A stretch of DNA of 64,000 nucleotides from a bacterium. GTDB lineage: Bacteria; RBG-13-61-14; DATKZS01. Within the stretch, counting starts at the first letter, position 1. Each line of letters starts with the position of its first letter. This document shows, piece by piece, positions 39,585 through 48,833 of the stretch. The stretch spans positions 1,376,001-1,440,000 of the forward strand of contig CAXXFL010000001.1 of the NCBI GenBank assembly GCA_963674965.2, given 5' to 3'. Under the pieces are notes generated by a model. The model had not been told where the DNA came from and made no database searches. It saw only the letters and a list, made by a program, of their open reading frames with translations. Both the position numbers and the translations under genes were made by a program.

Positions 39585-41384
39585 TTATTTATCGCTTTCT
39601 TCTTCACTATCCTCGGCTTTGGCGATGATTTCATTGAAACTCTGATGGGGGTAGGGAACGAAGAAATACGTTCCCCCACCTTCCTCGCCGCCGCCGCCCT
39701 CGAGGCCTCCTCGTCCCCTGACCTGGGCCATGGTGATCTCTCGGGTGTCGTAGTTCCTCCAGGCGTAGCAAAGCAGGTCCACTTCCTCTTTACTCATGTC
39801 GGTCTCGACGAACTCGAGGCCCTGCTTGACGGCCATGCTAAGAAGACCCTTTTTGGCCGCCGCCGTGGTCCCTTCCGCGTCGCGGTACTCGTTGAAAAGC
39901 CGAAGATACTCGCCGGCCGCGTAGCGAAGGAACATCTGCTGCCGCTCGATGCGCCTGAAGTCGCCGCGATTAAAGGAACGCTTTCTAAGGTGCCAGAACA
40001 TCTCCGCTTCCGAGAACCCGTTGTAATCGAGCCCGAGGTTTTTAAACAAGGAGATGCATTTTTTGGCGCTGTACCAGTCGGCGACCACGGTGCGGTGTAT
40101 CTCGATATCGAGGAACTCCTCGACCATCTTCTTGGCAAGATTCTCCCGGCCGTAGGCGTAGGCGGAGTTGGCTTTGCCGCGCCTACGCCGGCCCGGGATG
40201 TTGACCTTGGTATCGCGGGGAATCGAGACCATCCGTACCTGGCGGTCGATAAAGTCGAGCTGTACCACCATGATCACGTCCGAGTTGGCCGGCTTTTTTC
40301 TGAGCTTGTCCAGGGGAATCTCCGCCCCCGTGGCAAGAATACCCCTGCGGTCTCGACGGTCCAATCCCAAAAGAAGGATATTGAATCGAGACGGAAACTT
40401 GGGAAGATTGGACGCGGCCTTTTCCATCAGGTCCTCGGCCGACTCGGGCCATTCAACCTTGGGCTCGGGAAGGCATCCAGCCAGGCTGGCCACTTCTTCC
40501 GCCCCAAGGGAATCGCCGACTTCACATCCCGCGAGGAATTCATTGACTTCCAGATCGTCCACTTCATCCTTTGCGACCGATTTGTCTGGGACCTCGGAAA
40601 TGGGGACCAAGTTATCGGGGAGTAAATCTTCAGGCGACTGGTTATTTTTTGTCTCCGAGCTTAGATCGACCAGGGCGAAAACCTCGTCCGGATCGAAGTC
40701 GTCCTTTTCTTTCTCGGCGGGCGCCGGCTCGTTTTTCGCGGGCTCGGAGTCTTCCCTGTTTTTCTTCAGCCAGTCTGAAAAGGGATTATTATCCGGAAGG
40801 AGGTTCAGGTTGTGATTGGCCGGAGCGCTGGGGCTGAGTTCATCTTTTCCCCGGTAGGCTACCTTAATGTCGCCCGAAAGCCTGAACTCGGGGTCGGATG
40901 AATCCGTATCCTCACTCGATCCCCCGGAGGTTTCGATTTTTATCGGGGCCTCGGGTTCGGGCGCGGCGTCCCGTTTGGGCGGGTCTTTTTTCTCCGGAGC
41001 GGGGGCCTTGGATTCTTCCGCTTGCTCCGGTACGGGCGCGGGCGCCTTTTTTTCGATGACGGGCGCGGGTTTTGGAGGGGACCCCCCAAAAGGCTGCAAG
41101 GAAACGTTGGCAAAGGCGGAGCCGGAGTAGACCTCGACCCTCCTTGTCACTTCCTTGTATCCAGACAGGCTAAGCTTTAGTTCGTGGACCCCTGGATTCA
41201 CGGTGAGCCTTACGGGCGTCTTGACGTCGATTTGTTTTCCGTCAAGAAACACGGCGGCCCCGGAGGGAGTACTTTGAACGGTCAGCTTCGCTAGGTCGTC
41301 ACTTTTTGCCCTTGCCGGCGTGAGCATAGAGAGCGTGAGTAGTGCAAGGACACCCCATTCCAACAGGCGGCGGAACATCTTCAT
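39585..41384 (-). CDS. PEGA-domain plus LytR-CpsA-Psr (LCP) protein
   Basis: Signal peptide; STPSGAAVFLDG..KTP (PEGA); Pro/acidic linker; NILLLGLD, SDVIM, SIPRDT, AYAYG, GDFRRIERQ. Confidence 0.8.
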   Translation of the reverse strand: MKMFRRLLEWGVLALLTLSMLTPARAKSDDLAKLTVQSTPSGAAVFLDGKQIDVKTPVRLTVNPGVHELKLSLSGYKEVTRRVEVYSGSAFANVSLQPFGGSPPKPAPVIEKKAPAPVPEQAEESKAPAPEKKDPPKRDAAPEPEAPIKIETSGGSSEDTDSSDPEFRLSGDIKVAYRGKDELSPSAPANHNLNLLPDNNPFSDWLKKNREDSEPAKNEPAPAEKEKDDFDPDEVFALVDLSSETKNNQSPEDLLPDNLVPISEVPDKSVAKDEVDDLEVNEFLAGCEVGDSLGAEEVASLAGCLPEPKVEWPESAEDLMEKAASNLPKFPSRFNILLLGLDRRDRRGILATGAEIPLDKLRKKPANSDVIMVVQLDFIDRQVRMVSIPRDTKVNIPGRRRRGKANSAYAYGRENLAKKMVEEFLDIEIHRTVVADWYSAKKCISLFKNLGLDYNGFSEAEMFWHLRKRSFNRGDFRRIERQQMFLRYAAGEYLRLFNEYRDAEGTTAAAKKGLLSMAVKQGLEFVETDMSKEEVDLLCYAWRNYDTREITMAQVRGRGGLEGGGGEEGGGTYFFVPYPHQSFNEIIAKAEDSEEESDK

Positions 41385-41492
41385 GAGGTCTCCCTAGGAA
41401 AAAATTTTCAGACCGGAATAGCATACTCAATTTCCGTTTAATTGTCAAGCAATTGAAGATGTTTTCCACAGGCGGCCCCGGAATATGGTTTT

Positions 41493-42983
41493 TCAGGGAG
41501 AGCAGGCCTCCGGCCCTTTTTTTCTGTCGGGCGACTCTTTTTTGACTTTTTGCTTTTCTTTGGAAAGTTCCTTTTTATTGGCCTCATAGGCGACTTGAAG
41601 ACTGGTCATGAATTCCTTGGCCCATATCCTGGCCGTGTTGCCCTGGATGAACTGCATCATGGAATCGTATCTTTCCTTCCTTTCCGCCAGGGACATGGTA
41701 AGGGCCCTCTCCAGGCCCACGGCCACGCTGTCCAAAAGATAGGGATTGACCAGCACGGCCTCATGCAGATATTCGGCCACGCCCGTAAATTTGGACAGGA
41801 CCAGAACGCCGGGAATCTCGGGTCTTTGGGCGGCCACGTATTCCATGGCCACCAGGTTCATGCCGTCTCGCCGGGGCGTGACCAGACAGATATCCGCGTC
41901 TCTATAGAACCTTGCCAGGTCCTTTTGTCCGTAAGTGCGGAAAAGGTAGCGGATGGGCGTCCAGTCGTGGTCGCCGTATTCCCCGTTGATCCGGCCCACC
42001 AGCGAATCGACGCTCTCTTTTTGTCTTTTATAGTCGCCCACTCTCGTGCGGGATGGAGAACAGACCTGTATATAGGATACCTTTTTTTGCCAGTCCGGCG
42101 ACTTCTTCAGGAAATACTCGAAGGACTCGACGCGCTCGGGAATGCTCTTGGTGTAGTCGAGCCTGTCCACGCCCAGGACTATCTTGGCCCCGGAGATCAG
42201 AGTGCGAAGGCCCTTCCTGCGAGTTCCCCTGCCGCCGGACTCGAGGGACGGGTCGTATATCTCCGGCTCGATGCCAATGGGGCAGGTGACGATCCTCTGT
42301 CTACGGTTTCCAGCGAAGACCTTATAGCCTTCCCGCACGCCCAGCATGAGGCGCTCGATGGCGTCGAAGTAGTTTTCCACGTACCTTTCCGTGTGAAAGC
42401 CCACCAGGTCGTAATGGAGCCAGGCGTCCATGAAGCCCATGGGATCGCTCATAAGCTCGATCATCTCGAGGGGAGGGAAAGGGATATGGAGGAAAAAGCC
42501 GAGAGGACCTTTAAACCCGGCCCTTCTAAGGTATCCGCCAAGGGGCGCCATGTGGTAGTCGTGGACCCACACCGTGTCCTCGGGATCGAGGAAATCCATC
42601 AGCACGCGGGAAAACTTCTCGTTCACCTTGAAATAAGCGTTCTGCTCCTCGTCGCTGACCCGGACGCGGCTTTGAAAGCAATGGAACATGGGCCACAGGG
42701 TGGAGTTGCAAAAGCCGTTGTAATAGGCGTTTACCTCGCGGTCCGTCAGGTCCATCGACACCAGGCTGACGACCTCGAGGTCCGTTTTCTTGACCTCCGG
42801 TTTCCTCGAGCCCTTTACTCCCTTGCCGCTCCAGCCCAGCCATATGCCCCGACGCGTGGATTCCATCACCGGAAGAAGAGCGCTTACCAGCCCGCCGGCC
42901 GAGGGCTTTTTGCCTTTCTTCCAGTCTTCCTCCGTCTTAAGAGAAGGAAGACGATTGGACACCACAACCAGTTTGCCTTTCAT
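41493..42983 (-). CDS. otsA: Trehalose-6-phosphate synthase (GT20)
   Basis: VVVSNRLP, SAGGL, WVHDYH, FFLHIPFP, VDRLDYTK, DGMNLVAME. Confidence 0.95.
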   Translation of the reverse strand: MKGKLVVVSNRLPSLKTEEDWKKGKKPSAGGLVSALLPVMESTRRGIWLGWSGKGVKGSRKPEVKKTDLEVVSLVSMDLTDREVNAYYNGFCNSTLWPMFHCFQSRVRVSDEEQNAYFKVNEKFSRVLMDFLDPEDTVWVHDYHMAPLGGYLRRAGFKGPLGFFLHIPFPPLEMIELMSDPMGFMDAWLHYDLVGFHTERYVENYFDAIERLMLGVREGYKVFAGNRRQRIVTCPIGIEPEIYDPSLESGGRGTRRKGLRTLISGAKIVLGVDRLDYTKSIPERVESFEYFLKKSPDWQKKVSYIQVCSPSRTRVGDYKRQKESVDSLVGRINGEYGDHDWTPIRYLFRTYGQKDLARFYRDADICLVTPRRDGMNLVAMEYVAAQRPEIPGVLVLSKFTGVAEYLHEAVLVNPYLLDSVAVGLERALTMSLAERKERYDSMMQFIQGNTARIWAKEFMTSLQVAYEANKKELSKEKQKVKKESPDRKKGPEACSP

Positions 42984-42998
42984 TAGAATTTCCTCCTC

Positions 42999-43802
42999 TT
43001 ATTCAGAGCCGGCGCGGACATGTTTGTTCCACTCCTTGAGCAGCTCCTGGACCGCGCCGCAGTCCCTTACGCCATACTCGGCGGCCGCGCGCGGGTCCTC
43101 ACCGACCTTTATCCCGATCCCCTTAACTGGAAGCGCCAAAAAGGCGTCTTCATCCGTTTGGTCGTCGCCAACGTAAACCATAACGCCCGCCTCCGGCCAC
43201 AGGCCCAATAACTCGGCTATAGCCGTGCCCTTGTGTTTTCCAAGGGCACGAAGCTCGAGCCCGCCGTCGAACCTTTGCGCCTCGAGGCCGTCGGCGACCA
43301 GCCCCTGCCAGATGTTTTCCACCGAGTCGATCCAATTATCACCGGCCTCTTTCTCCAGTCCCCTTTCGTGGACCGCCACGCTGGCCGACTTGCGCTCGAT
43401 CCTCTTCTCCGATTCTTCCGGCCCGAGCAGACCAGCGCCGATTCTTTTCGCCTCGGCGGCGGCCTGGTCCAGGACTTCCTCGATCCTGCCGCCGGGTCCT
43501 CCTCTTCTCGTCTCCAGGCCAGGACCTTTTATCTCCCACCCGTGAGACCCGATCATGACCACGCGCTTGGAAAAGCCTCCCAAAAGATAGTACAGCTCAT
43601 TGATCGGCCTGCCCGAGACTATGGCCACGCGGGTCGATCCCTCGGCCATGATGGACAGAATAATCTCCCTGGTCCCGGGCAGGGGCCGGGCCGCCATCCG
43701 GTCGGCCTGGAAGGGCGCCAGGGTCCCGTCGTAATCCAGGGCCAGCACGCGGAGGGGGGCCTCCTCGATCCTTTTCCAGAAATTGCGGTCAATTTTCTTC
43801 AT
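42999..43802 (-). CDS. otsB: Trehalose-6-phosphate phosphatase (HAD)
   Basis: LDYDGTLAP, VSGR, GSHG.E, KG.A, GDDQTDEDAF. Confidence 0.92.
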   Translation of the reverse strand: MKKIDRNFWKRIEEAPLRVLALDYDGTLAPFQADRMAARPLPGTREIILSIMAEGSTRVAIVSGRPINELYYLLGGFSKRVVMIGSHGWEIKGPGLETRRGGPGGRIEEVLDQAAAEAKRIGAGLLGPEESEKRIERKSASVAVHERGLEKEAGDNWIDSVENIWQGLVADGLEAQRFDGGLELRALGKHKGTAIAELLGLWPEAGVMVYVGDDQTDEDAFLALPVKGIGIKVGEDPRAAAEYGVRDCGAVQELLKEWNKHVRAGSE

Positions 43803-43828
43803 GAGCGTGGACCCGGCCTCCGGCCCGG

Positions 43829-45070
43829 TCAGCCAAGGTATATCCTCTCGCCGTCGCCATGTATCAAGGAAACCATTAAAGTCAGGTACTCGCGCAGATG
43901 CCGAGTCAAAAGAAAGTTCTCCAGCACGAACCGCCTGGCCTTGACTCCCATCCTCACCATCTGGTCGGGATGGTTGAGAAGATACCTTATTCGAAGGGCC
44001 GCGCCCTCGACGGAATGCACCAGGAACCCCGTGTGATAGTTGGCCACCTGAAGCGTGATGCCTCCCGCGTGCCCGCCTATTACGGGCTTGCCCTTCCACA
44101 TGGCCTCGGTAACGGTCAGGCCGAAGCCCTCCTTGGTGGACTTCTGAAGAACAACGGTGGCAGCCCTTTGCAGGGCGTTGATGGCCCGGTTGGCGTCGGG
44201 CGGAAGAAGAAGAACGTGCACGTCACGGTCGCCCTTGGCCGCGTCCTCCACCTCAGCCAGCACCTCGGCCCCCTCCGGGTCGTCCGTGGCCGTGCCACCG
44301 GCCAGGACCAGTTGCACCGGAACGTGATGGGACACCAGCTTGTAGGCCTCGATCACTCCAACCGGGTCCTTGAAGCGGTCGAAGCGGGAAACCTGGACCA
44401 GAAGCGGGCGGTCCGGATCGACGTCGAACTCGTCGAAGATCATGTTGATCTCCTCGGAGGGAAGATCGATGTTCTTGTCCGTCAGCGGGTCGATGCTGGG
44501 CGGAATCAAGTACTGGGGGTGGGGAAGCTGCTGGGCGAAGGCCGCCAGGCTGAAGATGCTGGCGTCGTACTTCTTAACCACGTCCCTTAAGTATTTCCAT
44601 ACGGGCCGGTAGGGCTTGCTGGCGTCGATATGGCAACGCCATACCCACTTGCCCTTTCGGTCGGCGACCTCGTTGATCAGCCACGCCGGCTGCGGGTCAT
44701 GGATGATGACCACGTCGGCGTCGGCCAAAGAGTCACCTAAGTTCCGGGCGTTCCTGTGGTTGGTGTCTTCATAGGAATCGAGCATTCGCCTCGAGAGGTT
44801 GACCTTGAATCCCTGAAGGGCGTTGTGAAAGGACTTGGTGACCTGATAGAAGTCCTGGGCGCCCTCGATCACCTCCCAGCTCGTCTCGATGCCAAGCTCG
44901 TTCATGAGGGGGACCAGCCGGTCCAATATCTCGGCCACGCCGCCGCCCACCCGGGTCGAGTTGACGTGGACAACCCGCTTGCCCTCGAGCCGGGCCGCCA
45001 GCTGGCGCAGATGCTCGATAACGTCGGCGCCTACTATTTCCGCGTATTCCTCCAGTTTGGGAGCGCCCAT
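43829..45070 (-). CDS. treT: Trehalose glycosyltransferring synthase TreT (GT4)
   Basis: HVNSTRVGGGVAEIL, HDPQP, WRCHID, VSRFDRFKDP, EGFGLTVTEAMWK. Confidence 0.9.
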   Translation of the reverse strand: MGAPKLEEYAEIVGADVIEHLRQLAARLEGKRVVHVNSTRVGGGVAEILDRLVPLMNELGIETSWEVIEGAQDFYQVTKSFHNALQGFKVNLSRRMLDSYEDTNHRNARNLGDSLADADVVIIHDPQPAWLINEVADRKGKWVWRCHIDASKPYRPVWKYLRDVVKKYDASIFSLAAFAQQLPHPQYLIPPSIDPLTDKNIDLPSEEINMIFDEFDVDPDRPLLVQVSRFDRFKDPVGVIEAYKLVSHHVPVQLVLAGGTATDDPEGAEVLAEVEDAAKGDRDVHVLLLPPDANRAINALQRAATVVLQKSTKEGFGLTVTEAMWKGKPVIGGHAGGITLQVANYHTGFLVHSVEGAALRIRYLLNHPDQMVRMGVKARRFVLENFLLTRHLREYLTLMVSLIHGDGERIYLG

Positions 45071-45744
45071 TATGCCTCTCCTCCATTCACGTGCTCGCCG
45101 AAAATCCTGGATAAATGGTCCCGAAGCTCGTACAAGGTCCACACGTAATAGTCCACCTCGCTCAGGCGGTCCCGCAGGAATTTCGTCTTTCCTCCCCACT
45201 GCGAAAGCCAGGAGCTGAAGTCGTCCTCCCCCACCGGGTCTCGGCGGCGGGCGTCAATAAAATGGTAATAGATCGAGCCCGTGCTCAGGTCGTTTATCGA
45301 GCCCAACAGGCTCGCCGGGTCCTCGAAGCGGCGGCCGGTGTCGAAGACGACAACGTTCGAGCGCAGGAAATGGAACTCCCGGTCGGGCTTGGCCCAGGGC
45401 ACGTAGTCGCGCTCGTAAAGGTGGTCCTCGATGACGTCCAGCAGACGCTGGCGCAGGTCGTCCAGGTCGCAGCACATGAGCGGATCGATCATGCCCAGCT
45501 TCTCGGCCAGCTTGGTGTCGTGAAGGCCGCGCTTGGACCAGAGGGCGAAGTCGTTTCGAAACTCGGGGTCGTCGAAGCTCGGCCGCATGATGTTCTCGAA
45601 GAAGTGGTAGTAAAGGCTCGACTCCTCGATCTCGGCCACCCTGTCGCGAAGCTCGCGAAGGTTCATGGCCCGCTTCCCCGTGGCCAGCGTAATAAGGGCG
45701 CAGTCCATCAGCTTGAAGGGTATTACGCTTATTTCGTTTTCCAA
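45070..45744 (-). CDS. DUF5752-like protein associated with treT
   Basis: Internally duplicated SLYYHF...NDF / SIYYHF...DDF motifs; directly upstream of and overlapping treT; TTG start. Confidence 0.75.
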   Translation of the reverse strand: MENEISVIPFKLMDCALITLATGKRAMNLRELRDRVAEIEESSLYYHFFENIMRPSFDDPEFRNDFALWSKRGLHDTKLAEKLGMIDPLMCCDLDDLRQRLLDVIEDHLYERDYVPWAKPDREFHFLRSNVVVFDTGRRFEDPASLLGSINDLSTGSIYYHFIDARRRDPVGEDDFSSWLSQWGGKTKFLRDRLSEVDYYVWTLYELRDHLSRIFGEHVNGGEA

Positions 45745-46097
45745 TGTTCTCTCCTTGGCTGAGGGTTGAAACGGAAGCTCTAAAGTACAAGATAACAAGC
45801 GAGAATGGTTCAGTCAAAGGGATGGAGGAGGATGGAGGAGGAGGAGCCGCCGCAGTTCCTTCCTTGACCGGCCCAGTCAACCTGGGCTAAAACCTTGAAA
45901 AGGACCGGGACCGGCGCGGAAGGGCCATGCAAGTATAATTGGAACGTCCCCTAGAGGACGGAAATAAAATCCCGATAAAGATTGGCTATAACTCAAAACT
46001 CAAAAATCCATCATTCAACAAGACGAGTTGAACGATGCCGACTTCGTAAGACGTTCGGCAAACCCAGGGCTTCCAGCCGGCGCCGATGGGCCCGCGT

Positions 46098-47522
46098 CTA
46101 ATCCCCGCTTTCAATGGCCTCTATTGTAACGTTCCCACCGCTTGCGTCCGGCTGGACCGCCATGACCCTGGACCCCTCGTTATAGGACCAGGCGGCTCCG
46201 GTTACCGTAACCTCACCTTTGCCCAGGTCAGGGGGAAGATAGATCAAGGTGGGACTTTGAATGGCATGATCCGGCTCGTAGCTGTAAGAAAAGGAACCCT
46301 CTTCCCTCGAGTATTTGAGTTGGAGTGGGATACCGGCGGTCCGTCTCGGGTAGGGCCGGCAAAGGGGCATGGCGTTTTTCCTCACTTCTCCGGAGGGTGT
46401 GAATATGGAGGTATCTTCATGGTTCCACGTCTCCCCGGAGATGGACGCCTCCCAGAATGTTCCCGAGATGAACTCGTCGTCGAAGATCGAGTATAGCTCG
46501 TCAATGTAAATGGGGGCCTCCATAAAGCCGGGCGAGACGCCGTACTCGGTGAAAATAACGGGAACGTTCCAGTGGCGGGCCAGCTTGAGATGACGTCCGA
46601 TCCCGGCCCTCATGACGGGCATGTCCCCTCCTTTCGAGAGGGACCGGCCGAAAGTGCCCAGATCATAATAATGAGGAGCCAGGACCAGGTTGTTTATTTT
46701 CGGTCTCGGCCTTCCCGCGTTTATCGTGCCCGTGTTCTCGATGGCGCAGATATCGGCGAAAACGAGATATCCCGCGTCAACGCCCTGGACGGCGGCGGCC
46801 ACCCGCTCGTAGTACTCGTAAAGGTCGCGGTGGAAACCTCGATAATCGAGGTATCCTTTCCAGCCGGGCATGGGCTCGTTGAAAGGCTCGAACCCGATGA
46901 CGGCGGGCTCGTCGCGATACCGTTCGGCCAGGTATCTATAGAACTCGACGTGGCCGTCCCGGATGTTATCCTTATTCGACCAGAAGCGCTGCAGGGAAAC
47001 GAGCACGGGCCGGGTGAAATAGCCCACGTTCCAGACCTTGCGGTCGTGGGTTTGCTCGCGGCCCCGATACTTCTCGGGCAAGGTCCAGTCCGGGAAACCG
47101 TCGCCGTGAAAGCGGCGACTGTAAAGGTCCTGGTGGCCGTCGATCACCACGAGGATTCCCCGCCCGGCGAAAGCCCGGACCATGAGGTCGTACCTGTCCA
47201 GGTAGGCCTGGTCGTACTCGCCGCGAACGGGCTCGGCCGCCTCGTAAATGATCAGGAGGCGGACAACGTTAAAGCCCATGTCCGCTACGGCGTCGGCGTA
47301 AACCTCGAGGGCGGCCTCGAAGTCGTCGCCCGGGTCGAAGGGGAAAAAAGGCGGGAATTTGCTCCGCCCTCCCGCGTTCACGCCGCGAAGCATCACGACC
47401 CTTCCCGCTTCATCGACCATAATATCGGACTTAACTTTAATCGTCCTCGCCTTTCCTCCAGTCGGCGCGAGCGCGGCAAGAAGGAAAATCGAGGCGAGAT
47501 ATAATACCAGTTTGGTTTTCAT
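46098..47522 (-). CDS. Secreted GH5 glycoside hydrolase, endoglycoceramidase-like
   Basis: LRGVN, FNVVRL, DGHQDLYSR..GDGFP.W, NEP, TEYG, RPYP..TAG. Confidence 0.85.
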   Translation of the reverse strand: MKTKLVLYLASIFLLAALAPTGGKARTIKVKSDIMVDEAGRVVMLRGVNAGGRSKFPPFFPFDPGDDFEAALEVYADAVADMGFNVVRLLIIYEAAEPVRGEYDQAYLDRYDLMVRAFAGRGILVVIDGHQDLYSRRFHGDGFPDWTLPEKYRGREQTHDRKVWNVGYFTRPVLVSLQRFWSNKDNIRDGHVEFYRYLAERYRDEPAVIGFEPFNEPMPGWKGYLDYRGFHRDLYEYYERVAAAVQGVDAGYLVFADICAIENTGTINAGRPRPKINNLVLAPHYYDLGTFGRSLSKGGDMPVMRAGIGRHLKLARHWNVPVIFTEYGVSPGFMEAPIYIDELYSIFDDEFISGTFWEASISGETWNHEDTSIFTPSGEVRKNAMPLCRPYPRRTAGIPLQLKYSREEGSFSYSYEPDHAIQSPTLIYLPPDLGKGEVTVTGAAWSYNEGSRVMAVQPDASGGNVTIEAIESGD

Positions 47523-47606
47523 CGTCTTTATCCCTTGTTCGATCCTTAATTTCGCGAGCGTGAATAATCTCTAAAAGATTGCCGGTCCCCGGCCGACGAT
47601 GATATC

Positions 47607-48803
47607 ATGATCGGCGAGAAAGGAGGAAACAAAACGCGTCGTCGGGAATTTATAGCAAGCATGGCGGCGGCCGGCATAGCCGCCGTCCCGGCGCCGTCGC
47701 CCGCGGGAAGATATCGGATAGCAGACCCGGGACCGGACGTATCCTTTCAAGTCGAGCGCCTCCTTGACGCCCCGATTATTCAGCCGGGCATGGACGCGCG
47801 CCTGGAGGAGGAAGAGCGAGAGCACGGCTACGCCAACGTCAACGGTCCTTCCCTGATAGCGGCGCCTCCCTGGATCGAGAAGCCCCTTGGCAAGTATTAC
47901 CTTTACTTCGCTCATCACAAGGGCGAGTACATCCGCCTGGCTTACTCGGACGACTTGAGGGGCCCGTGGAAGACTTACGTTCCGGGCGCCCTTGATTTGC
48001 GGGATTCTCATTTCGCCACCCGGGCGTCCCCCGCCTCGGGCGTTTTATCCGCCCTTGGAAGCACGTGGCGGAATTATCCTCCCTCCGCGGCCTGGGCCAT
48101 GACTCGAGTGGGGATCGCGGCCCTGACGGCCGTCTCGAAACGCGGCCGGGAAGGGAGCAAGGGGGCCTCCGAGAACAAGCCTCACATCGCCAGCCCCGAC
48201 GTCATAGTTGACCATGGCCGGCGCGAGGTTCGCATGTATTACCACGGCATGATGGAGGACGGCAACCAGATGACCCGCGTGGCCCTCTCGAGCGAAGGCT
48301 TGTCCTTCGAGGCGCGGCCCGAGCTTCTTACCAGTCCCTATTTGAGAGTGTTTCCCTACCGTGGCATATATTACGGGATGTCCATGCCCGGACTCCTGGT
48401 CCGGTCGAGAGACGGGCTGAAGGATTTCGAGACCAGGCCCGGCTTGACCTTCGGGGTTAACATGAGGCACTGCGCCTTGCTTCGCCGCGGCGAGAGGCTG
48501 CTCGTGTTCTTCTCCCGGGTTGGAGACGCGCCCGAGCGCGTTCTGTGCTCGGTAATGGACATAAGCCACGAGGACTGGCGGCGCTGGAAGCCTTCCGCTC
48601 CCGTTGAGGTCTTGCGCGCCGAGCGCCCGTGGGAGGGCGCCTCGCTTCCCGTTTCTCCTTCCATAAGGGGTGAGGTCACGCGGCCGGAAAACCAGCTTCG
48701 GGACCCGGCCGTGTTCGAGGAGGACGGCAAGCCGTATCTTTTATATTCCGTCGCCGGGGAAAGCGGCATTGGGATAGCGAGCCTGACCATAAAGGGAATT
48801 TGA
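47607..48803 (+). CDS. Tat-exported beta-propeller hydrolase-like protein
   Basis: TRRREF Tat motif; NGPSLI, YYLYFAHHKG, HIASPDV, LRDPAVF. Confidence 0.65.
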   Translation: MIGEKGGNKTRRREFIASMAAAGIAAVPAPSPAGRYRIADPGPDVSFQVERLLDAPIIQPGMDARLEEEEREHGYANVNGPSLIAAPPWIEKPLGKYYLYFAHHKGEYIRLAYSDDLRGPWKTYVPGALDLRDSHFATRASPASGVLSALGSTWRNYPPSAAWAMTRVGIAALTAVSKRGREGSKGASENKPHIASPDVIVDHGRREVRMYYHGMMEDGNQMTRVALSSEGLSFEARPELLTSPYLRVFPYRGIYYGMSMPGLLVRSRDGLKDFETRPGLTFGVNMRHCALLRRGERLLVFFSRVGDAPERVLCSVMDISHEDWRRWKPSAPVEVLRAERPWEGASLPVSPSIRGEVTRPENQLRDPAVFEEDGKPYLLYSVAGESGIGIASLTIKGI

Positions 48804-48833
48804 TCTTGCCCGGCCTCGAGAAGTATTCGAGGC

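Noticed and set aside
45818-45846. GGATGGAGGA tandem repeat
   Set aside because: Only two to three short units in intergenic DNA; no evidence of function, not CRISPR-like.
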